A stretch of DNA of 64,000 nt from Candidatus Poribacteria bacterium (GTDB taxonomy: Bacteria > Poribacteria > WGA-4E > WGA-3G). Each line of letters begins with the position of its first letter. The first letter of the stretch is position 1. The DNA lies in the NCBI GenBank assembly GCA_964291315.2, contig OZ219753.1, positions 2,976,001-3,040,000 on the forward strand, given 5' to 3'. Shown here piece by piece: positions 36,928-45,184 of this stretch. A program made the translations under genes and the position numbers. The notes beneath the pieces are model-generated. The model was not told the origin of the DNA and did no database searches. It was given only the letters and a program-made list of their open reading frames with translations.

Positions 36928-39201
36928 TTGATGCAACGTACAAAAAAACGACATATTTTCATTGGTAGTGCTCTGCTTTTCTTGATAGCACTGAACACAC
37001 CTGCACAGACCGTCAACATTCCTGACGCTAATCTACGTAAAGCGATTAACGAGGAGCTTGGGAAGCCCGCAGATGCCCAGCTTACACAGGCCGAGATGGC
37101 AAGGTTAACCAGTCTCAATGCGAATGCTAAAGAGGTCAAGAATTTAAGAGGGCTTGAAGCTGCAATAAGACTGGAAGTTTTATATCTTAACCGCAACCAA
37201 ATAACTAACCTATCGCCTATTGCAGGATTGGTTAGATTAAATCGGATAGAATTAGGCCATAACACTATATCGGATATATCCCCCCTTGAAGCCCTTATCA
37301 GCTTGGAGAACCTACGCATTGACAATAATTCGGTATCGGATATATCCCCCCTTGAAGCCCTTATTAGTCTACGGAGCATAAATATTGGGCATAACGTTGT
37401 GTCCGATTGGTCTCCCCTTGCGGGTTTAATGAAACTCGATTACATAGCGATAAGTCACAACCCTGTTGCAGATCTGTCGCCTCTTACAGGACTCAGGAAC
37501 CTAAGAACCTTTCACTCTTGGGGTACACGTATATTAGACATTGCGCCGTTGTCTAAATCTCCGAAGATTCAGGAGATAAGTATTTGCGGAGGAGACATAT
37601 CGGACATCTCGTCCTTGGAAGGGGTAACAAGTTTGAGAGACCTCTATCTTCCAAACAACGATGTCACTGACATTTCCGCTTTGGCGAGTTTAACAGGCCT
37701 GACACGCCTAGGTCTTAAAGACAATGAAGTGTCGAATATATCAGTCCTTAAAAAGTTAAGAGGTCTGACCTGGGTGGACCTGAGAGCTAACGCAATTTCA
37801 GATGTTACTCCACTTTCAGAGCTATCTAATTTGAGCTGGTTAGATATTAGTCTAAATAGTATAACGGACGTATCCGCTCTCACCTTTTTACCTAACCTAA
37901 GATGGTTGGGGCTTAACAAAAATCCGATAGCGGATCTATCCACTTTAGAAAGGTTTTCCACGAAGACGGCTATCTCACATTCGGATTTCGCTCCCACTCC
38001 TTTCCCAGAAGCCGGCCCGAAAATAGAGGATCACTGGTTATGGGTGATTGTGCCAGGGACAGCGATTGGCAAGGCCGATCTACTCGCGCGAGCAAGCGGT
38101 GGGGCCGCAACAGAGGTAAAGGTCGCTACGTTTGGCGCGAAAGAAGACAAGGCAGTCGGCAGCAGCGTCTGGACAGCTCATCGGCTCCCGGCCACGGGCG
38201 GAGATAACCTCAATGAAATGACGGATGCCCTCGGTTGGGGATCCGGTTCGGAGATATATGACCATGTGGTCTACGGATCTGTCTCGTTAGAGTCGCCCCG
38301 TCAACAGAAAACGACGATGCTCGTCGGCAGCGATGACGAGGTAAAGGTCTGGCTTAACGGCGAAGTGGTCCATTACAACCCCGTGCTTCGCGGCGCTGGA
38401 GATTATCAAGATGCATTCCCGGTCAAGCTGAAGAAAGGAACAAATGTGCTATTAGTCGCGGTTAGCAACCGCGGACATGGCGCATTCAGTGGTTTCTTCG
38501 GTTTCGCGAAGGACACAGACTACACGCTAAACGCCCCAAGCACCCCGATTAAAATAGAGGTTGCTACATGGGACGTGAACAGAGACGGACTGGTGAACAT
38601 TTTAGACCTGATTCTGGTGGCTCGGGACTTAGGAAAGACCGCCCGGGAGGCTCTCTCAAGAACGGACGTAAACGGTGACGGAAAGCGAAACATCTTAGAC
38701 CTGAGGCTTGTGGCTCAACATTTAAACGAGGCATCGGGTGCTGCTGCCCCGGCCGCGGCGACCTCGGACGAATTTACAAGCACAGACCCAATTTCGGCAG
38801 AAAGGGTCAGAGCCTGGATAGCACAGGCTCAAGCGCAAAGCGACGGTTCCCTCGTCTTCCGGCAAGGTATTGCGAATCTCAAACGTCTCCTCGCCTCTCT
38901 GGTCCCTGACAGAACCGCAGTGCTGCCCAATTACCCCAACCCGTTCAATCCAGAGACGTGGATACCGTATCAACTCGCTGAAGCAACCGAGGTCACAGTG
39001 CATATTTACGCAGCTAACGGAGCCCTGGTTCGGACGTTGGATCTCGGACATCAGCCGGCAGGACGCTATCAGGAACCGAGCCGCGCAGCATATTGGAACG
39101 GCGAAAATGAGATCGGTGAACCTGTCGCAAGCGGGGTGTATTTTTATACACTCACCGCAGCAGACTTCACCGCTACGAGAAAAATGGTGATACTGAAGTA
39201 A
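36928..39201 (+). CDS. Secreted internalin-like LRR protein with beta-sandwich, dockerin and FlgD-like C-terminal domain
   Basis: IPDANLR cap, 22-aa LRRs, DVNRDG/DVNGDG dockerin, YPNPFNPETWIPYQL..WNGEN..ASGVYFY. Confidence 0.9.
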   Translation: MMQRTKKRHIFIGSALLFLIALNTPAQTVNIPDANLRKAINEELGKPADAQLTQAEMARLTSLNANAKEVKNLRGLEAAIRLEVLYLNRNQITNLSPIAGLVRLNRIELGHNTISDISPLEALISLENLRIDNNSVSDISPLEALISLRSINIGHNVVSDWSPLAGLMKLDYIAISHNPVADLSPLTGLRNLRTFHSWGTRILDIAPLSKSPKIQEISICGGDISDISSLEGVTSLRDLYLPNNDVTDISALASLTGLTRLGLKDNEVSNISVLKKLRGLTWVDLRANAISDVTPLSELSNLSWLDISLNSITDVSALTFLPNLRWLGLNKNPIADLSTLERFSTKTAISHSDFAPTPFPEAGPKIEDHWLWVIVPGTAIGKADLLARASGGAATEVKVATFGAKEDKAVGSSVWTAHRLPATGGDNLNEMTDALGWGSGSEIYDHVVYGSVSLESPRQQKTTMLVGSDDEVKVWLNGEVVHYNPVLRGAGDYQDAFPVKLKKGTNVLLVAVSNRGHGAFSGFFGFAKDTDYTLNAPSTPIKIEVATWDVNRDGLVNILDLILVARDLGKTAREALSRTDVNGDGKRNILDLRLVAQHLNEASGAAAPAAATSDEFTSTDPISAERVRAWIAQAQAQSDGSLVFRQGIANLKRLLASLVPDRTAVLPNYPNPFNPETWIPYQLAEATEVTVHIYAANGALVRTLDLGHQPAGRYQEPSRAAYWNGENEIGEPVASGVYFYTLTAADFTATRKMVILK
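37268..37364. repeat. 31-bp identical repeat at 66-bp period (recent LRR duplication)
   Basis: tatcggatatatccccccttgaagcccttat at 37268 and 37334. Confidence 0.9.
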
Positions 39202-39288
39202 GATGAAAATAGCTATCAGCAGTTCGCGAAATATCTTCTACACTGCCTGAGAACCTACAATCAATAGCGACCGCAGAGGAGAAACTGT

Positions 39289-42200
39289 ATGAAACACGTC
39301 ATCACAATTAGTTGCCTTCTCCTACTTATCGTAGGATATCAGACCGTTGAGGCACAAGGGAAGTTCCCACCACAGGTACAGGCTATTTTTGAACGGAATT
39401 GCCTTAACTGCCATGGCCCACATGGTGCTTTTACAGAGCAGATTGTTATTGAATCTCGGGACAGGTTGATTAGCTCGGGGTCTGTTGTGCCCGGGCGCCC
39501 TTCGCAATCCGAACTCTATACACGGCTGCTGGAGGAGGATTCGGCAAAACGGATGCCGCTGGGGCAACCTCCGCTCACGCCGGCTGCGATTAACACCATC
39601 CGACAGTGGATTGACGCAGGCGCGCGAAGTGTGAACAATGGTCATCCAAGAGACTTCATTCCGAACGATGCGATGCTTGCTGCTATGCAGCGCCATCTGG
39701 CGACGCTTGATGGGTTTGATCGTCCTTACGCGCGTTATTTCACAACAACGCACCTCTACAACGCCGGTGAGGCCGCTGGTGCCCTGAGTGCGTATCAGGT
39801 CGCCCTCTCAAAACTGGTCAACAGCCTCTCCTGGGGGTTCGAAATACACAACCCAGAGCCTATTGGCGCGAAGAACACGATCTTCTACATTGATCTGCGT
39901 GACTACGAATGGGACAGAGTCGATGCCTGGACAGAGATAGAAAACGCCTATCCGTATGCTATCGAGTACAATGAAGTGACCCAATCCGAGGAGCTTGCAA
40001 AGCTGACCGACCTGCAAACACAGATGAAATGCGAAGTGCCCTTTGTTCATGTGGATTGGTTCTTGGCAAACGCCGCCTTACCGCCGCTATATCACGACAT
40101 TCTGGATTTGCCAAAGACAGATCGGGAGTTGGAACGCAAGCTGGACGTAGATGTTCAACGTAACCTCCAGACTGCGCCGGGCGTGCGCGTCTGGCGTGCG
40201 GGCTTCAACGACTCGGGGGTTTCAAACAACAATCGTGTTGTGGAACGGCACACCTCTCGCTATGGTGCGTATTGGAAGAGCTATGACTTCGCAGGTAGCA
40301 CGGGAACACAGAACGTTTTCACGCATCCGTTGTCTTTCAAAGCGGATGGGGGTGAGATCATCTTCAATCTGCCGAACGGTCTGCAGGCGTACTATATCCT
40401 AGACGCGTCAGGGAATCGTTTAAACTCGGCCCCCCCGGAGATTGTTATTGATCCGTCGGCGCGTGATCCTATTGTCCACAATGGTTTGTCGTGTATCGGC
40501 TGCCACACGGAAGGGACCAAGAGGTTTGAGGACGAGGTGCGTGGGGTCATAAACCGGACGGTGAATCCGGGTTTTGACAAGGCGCAAGCATTGCGTCTAT
40601 ACGTAGAGCGGGCGACGATAGAGGGTCTTCTTGCACAGGATAGCGAACGTTATAGGGTTGCCTTGGAGGCGACAGGCGGCGTTTTTGGCGGTATTGAGCC
40701 CGTGCATCGGTTTCATGAGGCATTTCGGGGGCCTGTTGAAGCCCCGGAGGCTGCTGCGGCTGTAGATATGAAGACGGAGGCGTTCCTTGCAGAGATTCGA
40801 AACAAACCAAGCCTACAGCGTTTAGGGTTGACTCCCTTGTTAAGCGGTGGGACTGTGAAGCGGGACGTTTGGACGGAACGGTTCAAGGACGTGGTTTTAG
40901 AGATCTTTTCACCAAATGGGCCTGTGGACTGCCATGAAACAGATACGTGTGATCCACCTCCCCCCGACACACTAGACCCGAACCTCCGAGCAGCGATTGT
41001 GGAAGCCCTCAGGCTAGCACCAAGCGAGTTAATTACTGAGGAAACTATGAAACGTTTGACGCGTTTGGTCGCCGATCGTAAAGGCATCCGTCACCTAACA
41101 AGGCTGGATGAGGCAATAAACCTGGAGCGGATAGAGCTCCGCTACAATGCCATCTCCGACCTCACGCCCCTGAAAGATTTGAGACGATTGAACGATATCA
41201 AGTTACGCGGGAACAGAATAACCGATGTATCGCCGCTGGCCGGGTTGATTAATGTAGGTTGGCTCGGGCTCGAAGATAACGAAATTACGGATGTATCGCC
41301 GCTGCGGGAGCTGGTCAAATTGAACGGGATAGGGATCAGCGGGAATCCGGTATCGGATATCTCCGCTCTGGCGAGTCTGATCAGCTTGGAAGGCATCGCG
41401 GCGTGGAACACGTCTATTTCAGACTTCTCGGCTTTAGCCAGATTGCCGAGACTCCGATGGATAGAATTTGGCAACGATAAGTCAATAACAAGATTGCCAT
41501 CTCTGAAGGAGTTAGGTGGGCTCAGGCGGTTGGAAATTAACAACTGCAGCATCTCGGATATCTCCGCCCTGGCTGCATTAACACAGTTAACCACATTAAA
41601 ATTAAACGGCAATTTTATATCGGATCTATCGCCGCTCACACAGTTGAAAAACTTAACCGATCTGCATCTTACCCGAAATATCATATCGGACGTGTCACCG
41701 CTGCGAGGGTTAACCGGATTGCGAGAGCTGTATCTTGATGAAAACATTATATCGGAGGTATCGCCCCTTGCAAGGTTAACTAACTTGAATACCTTACAGC
41801 TTAAAGGGAACGCGATATCCGACTTCTCACCTTTGAAAGGCTTGCCCGCCGACACTTATGTCGGGATGGAGAGAAACCCTGCGTTCCCAACGGGCGGCCC
41901 CAAAATAGCCGGACCTTGGCTATGGGCAATCGTTCCCAGTGCAGGTTTTTTAGAGGGTAAAGATTTGCTTGCTCAAGCAACCAACGGAGCAGTGACAGAA
42001 GAGAAGGTCTCTACCAATGGCGCGACGGCGGGCAAGGCTGTCGGCGACAGCCTCTGGATTTCCAGTACTATCAAGACAGGATATGGGAACAATCTTAACG
42101 AAGTGCTAGATCTCTTCGACCTTGAAATAAGTGAAGGCGATAAATGGGAATGGGTCATGTATGGCGTTGTGATCTTGGATTCACCACGGGAACAAAAGGT

Positions 42201-43458
42201 AACGATGTTTGCCGGGAGTGATAACAATCACAAGGCTTGGCTCAATGGAAAGTTAGTTAACGAAAATTATCATTGGCATAACGGCTACCAAGAGGTTTTC
42301 CCTGTCACGTTGAAACAGGGGAAAAATGTTCTCCTAACGGCTGTTCACACTTGGGGTGGCGGTTGGAGCGGTCATTTTGGATTTGCTCCTGACACAGAAT
42401 ATAATGTTATTTCGCCTGTAGGGGCTCGATTCGCTTGGTCCACAGCAACAAAGAAAGTTGGTGTTGGCGACACATTCACCCTTCATTTCACGGCAGAAGA
42501 TGCGGCTGATTTAGCAGGATGGCAGACTGATATTATATTTGATCCGGCGGTCATAAGGGCGAAAAAGGTGAACGAGGGAGGCTTTCTGAAGCAGGGCAAC
42601 CAGCAAACCTTCTTTAAGGCAGGCGAGATAAAAAATGCTCTTGGCAAAATCGTCGGAGTGCAAGCTGCACGAATAGCTGAAAACGGAGGCAGTGGAGAAG
42701 GTGCGCTGTTTTCAGTCAGATTCACCGCCAAGGCACCTGGAAAGAGTCGTGTGTTGCTACGCAACTTCTCTGCTGGTTCCAGTACTGGTAAAGGGATAGC
42801 TGGGGATCTGTTCGATATTGTTGTAGAGGTCGCCGCACCGCCGTGGGATGTCAATCAGGATGGTGTGACCGATGCCGCTGATGTAACATTGGTTAGAAAG
42901 GCCCGCGGACAATCCCCACCCAGAAACCCGCGTACCGATGTCAACAAGGACGGGGTTGTTAACGAAAAGGATGTCGCTGTTGTTACAGCGCACCTTGGGG
43001 AGGGCGCAGATCGGGCAGCACCGCCGCACGTTAAATTCCCGCTCGGTTTTACCCGTGAAATGGTTGAACAGACGCTCGACATCCTGCGGAGAACAGATGA
43101 TGGTTCCGTTGTGTTCCAACGCGGTATAACAAACCTTAAACATCTCTTAGCAGCTTTTATACCAGAAGAAACCGTCCTATTTCACAACTATCCGAACCCG
43201 TTCAATCCAGAGACGTGGATACCGTATCAACTCGCTGAATCTGCAAATGTAACGTTTCATATCTACAGCGCTAATGGGTTCTTGGTGCGAAGGTTGGAGC
43301 TGGGGCATCAAACCGCTGGTATCTATCAACATCGGAGTCGGGCAGCGCATTGGGATGGCAGGAATGAGGCTGGTGAACCTGTCGCAAGCGGGGTGTATTT
43401 CTACAGGCTCACGGCAGGCAACTTCACTGATACAAGAAAAATGCTAATAATGAAATAG
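39289..43458 (+). CDS. Secreted dihaem c-type cytochrome - LRR - cohesin - dockerin - FlgD-like fusion protein
   Basis: CLNCH and CIGCH, planctomycete-cytochrome-like N-terminus (..RMPLG..IRQWIDAGA), LRRs, VGDTFTL..cohesin, DVNQDG/DVNKDG, YPNPFNPETW. Confidence 0.85.
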   Translation: MKHVITISCLLLLIVGYQTVEAQGKFPPQVQAIFERNCLNCHGPHGAFTEQIVIESRDRLISSGSVVPGRPSQSELYTRLLEEDSAKRMPLGQPPLTPAAINTIRQWIDAGARSVNNGHPRDFIPNDAMLAAMQRHLATLDGFDRPYARYFTTTHLYNAGEAAGALSAYQVALSKLVNSLSWGFEIHNPEPIGAKNTIFYIDLRDYEWDRVDAWTEIENAYPYAIEYNEVTQSEELAKLTDLQTQMKCEVPFVHVDWFLANAALPPLYHDILDLPKTDRELERKLDVDVQRNLQTAPGVRVWRAGFNDSGVSNNNRVVERHTSRYGAYWKSYDFAGSTGTQNVFTHPLSFKADGGEIIFNLPNGLQAYYILDASGNRLNSAPPEIVIDPSARDPIVHNGLSCIGCHTEGTKRFEDEVRGVINRTVNPGFDKAQALRLYVERATIEGLLAQDSERYRVALEATGGVFGGIEPVHRFHEAFRGPVEAPEAAAAVDMKTEAFLAEIRNKPSLQRLGLTPLLSGGTVKRDVWTERFKDVVLEIFSPNGPVDCHETDTCDPPPPDTLDPNLRAAIVEALRLAPSELITEETMKRLTRLVADRKGIRHLTRLDEAINLERIELRYNAISDLTPLKDLRRLNDIKLRGNRITDVSPLAGLINVGWLGLEDNEITDVSPLRELVKLNGIGISGNPVSDISALASLISLEGIAAWNTSISDFSALARLPRLRWIEFGNDKSITRLPSLKELGGLRRLEINNCSISDISALAALTQLTTLKLNGNFISDLSPLTQLKNLTDLHLTRNIISDVSPLRGLTGLRELYLDENIISEVSPLARLTNLNTLQLKGNAISDFSPLKGLPADTYVGMERNPAFPTGGPKIAGPWLWAIVPSAGFLEGKDLLAQATNGAVTEEKVSTNGATAGKAVGDSLWISSTIKTGYGNNLNEVLDLFDLEISEGDKWEWVMYGVVILDSPREQKVTMFAGSDNNHKAWLNGKLVNENYHWHNGYQEVFPVTLKQGKNVLLTAVHTWGGGWSGHFGFAPDTEYNVISPVGARFAWSTATKKVGVGDTFTLHFTAEDAADLAGWQTDIIFDPAVIRAKKVNEGGFLKQGNQQTFFKAGEIKNALGKIVGVQAARIAENGGSGEGALFSVRFTAKAPGKSRVLLRNFSAGSSTGKGIAGDLFDIVVEVAAPPWDVNQDGVTDAADVTLVRKARGQSPPRNPRTDVNKDGVVNEKDVAVVTAHLGEGADRAAPPHVKFPLGFTREMVEQTLDILRRTDDGSVVFQRGITNLKHLLAAFIPEETVLFHNYPNPFNPETWIPYQLAESANVTFHIYSANGFLVRRLELGHQTAGIYQHRSRAAHWDGRNEAGEPVASGVYFYRLTAGNFTDTRKMLIMK

Positions 43459-43474
43459 TGATAGTTAGCGCCCA

Positions 43475-43527
43475 GTAGTTAAAGGGAGCATTGCCCGTTC
43501 GCGGCGCGCGATGAATTGCGGCACTAC
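43475..43527. repeat. Degenerate inverted pair of GTAG-type REP-like elements
   Basis: Plus GTAGttaaagggagcattgcccg and minus GTAGtgccgcaattcatcgcgcg facing each other in an intergenic gap. Confidence 0.45.
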
Positions 43528-43578
43528 AAACGGGATTTCAATTCAGAAAATCAGTAATAAAAAGGAGTCAAATACGCT

Positions 43579-45162
43579 ATGAATGAGGAAAAAAGCAAGC
43601 CAAAGGTCAGTCTCGGTCTACTTTACGGGATTGTCATTGCAATTGTGGCTGGTGCCTTTATCGGTGGATTTGTGCCAGACTTCGCTGTCCACACAACTAT
43701 ACTCGGTGAGATATTCTTGAACCTATTGAAGATGATAGTCGTGCCACTTGTTGTCTTGTCGATGGTAGTCGGTATAACAAATTTAGGCGATATTCGTAAC
43801 ATCGGTTCCATCGGTGGGCGAACGGTTGTGTACTACATGGCGACGACTGGGCTTGCTGTTATCACCGGTATGATTCTCGTCAACATCATTGCGCCGGGTA
43901 AAGGGCTTTCACAAGGTGAACAACGTCCTGATCTCAACTACACCCTCTCTGGTGTTGAGAAACTCACCCTTCAGATGGATAGACAATTTGTTCGGACCTA
44001 TAACGATAAATATATTATCACGCTCACGGATCAGAACGTGCGTGGCGAGGTGGAGTCAATTTCGGGGAGAACCGTCACAGTAAAATCGTGGCAGCTTTTG
44101 TCTGAAGAGGCGCAATACGTCACAACGGACAGCGGTGACCGTCTATTGTTCATTGAAGGGAGTCCGACTCGGATAGAACTGCAGAACAGTGGCTCTGGCA
44201 TTAACATCGATCTGCCGATTGCTACAAGTATGTCCGATAAGACGGAACGGACGATGGGCGGCACTCTCAAAGAGGTATTTCTCGGCAACGCGGAGACCGG
44301 TAAGGAGGGCATGATCCCCTCGAACGTTTTCAAGGCGATGGTGAGAACTGATATTCTACCGTTAATCTTTTTCTCTCTGCTCATCGGTGCTGCGTTGTCT
44401 ACACTCGGTGAGCTGGGGAAGCCCGTTGTTGCGGTGATTTCGGGATTAAATGAAGCCGTGATGAAACTGGTTCACTGGATAATGTATGTTGCCCCGTTCG
44501 GTATTTTCGGCTTGGTGGCGGGTAGAATTGGTGAGGCAAAAGGGTTTGCAGGCTTTTGGCCCGAGCTTGTCGCGGTGGGCAAGTACAGTGCTACAGTGCT
44601 GTTAGGTCTCGGCTTGCACGGTATCGTTGTTTTACCGCTGCTCCTGTTATTCCTCGGCCGTAAAAATCCGCTCACCTATTTTAAGGGGATGGCGACCGCT
44701 ATACTCAACGCTTTTTCAACTGCGAGTTCAAGTGCAACGTTACCGTTAACAATGGAGGGTGTAGAGAATCAGAATGGCGTTTCGAGGCGCACCGCCACTT
44801 TCGTTCTGCCTCTGGGAGCAACCATCAACATGGATGGCACTGCCCTCTATGAGGCGATTGCGGTTATGTTTATCGCACAAGTCTATGCGATTTCCATGGA
44901 TCCGGCGCAACAAATCGTTGTCGTGCTTACGGCGACTTTAGCGGCTATTGGTGCGGCGGGAATCCCCGAAGCAGGCCTTGTCACAATGGTTATTGTCCTC
45001 CGAGCCGTCGATCTCCCGGTTGAAGGCATAACGCTTATACTTTCTATTGATTGGCTTCTCGACCGATTCCGGACTGCAATTAACGTCTGGGGCGACAGCA
45101 TCGGAGCGGGCGTAATTGAAAGATATGAATCTAGAAACTCATCTGAAGCAACTGTAACATAA
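43579..45162 (+). CDS. Dicarboxylate/amino acid:cation symporter (glutamate/aspartate type)
   Basis: FSTASSSATLP, GATINMDGTALY, AAIGAAGIP, DRFRTAINVWGD. Confidence 0.92.
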   Translation: MNEEKSKPKVSLGLLYGIVIAIVAGAFIGGFVPDFAVHTTILGEIFLNLLKMIVVPLVVLSMVVGITNLGDIRNIGSIGGRTVVYYMATTGLAVITGMILVNIIAPGKGLSQGEQRPDLNYTLSGVEKLTLQMDRQFVRTYNDKYIITLTDQNVRGEVESISGRTVTVKSWQLLSEEAQYVTTDSGDRLLFIEGSPTRIELQNSGSGINIDLPIATSMSDKTERTMGGTLKEVFLGNAETGKEGMIPSNVFKAMVRTDILPLIFFSLLIGAALSTLGELGKPVVAVISGLNEAVMKLVHWIMYVAPFGIFGLVAGRIGEAKGFAGFWPELVAVGKYSATVLLGLGLHGIVVLPLLLLFLGRKNPLTYFKGMATAILNAFSTASSSATLPLTMEGVENQNGVSRRTATFVLPLGATINMDGTALYEAIAVMFIAQVYAISMDPAQQIVVVLTATLAAIGAAGIPEAGLVTMVIVLRAVDLPVEGITLILSIDWLLDRFRTAINVWGDSIGAGVIERYESRNSSEATVT

Positions 45163-45184
45163 CAGTCATAACTGATAGGTATTT

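Noticed and set aside
40430-40436. C7 run in the cytochrome-LRR gene as a phase-variation tract
   Set aside because: In frame, encodes Ala-Pro-Pro, and lacks the shared flanks
38938-43400. Paired repeats as the template and variable regions of a diversity-generating retroelement
   Set aside because: Both copies are coding, differences are not adenine-specific, and there is no reverse transcriptase in the window
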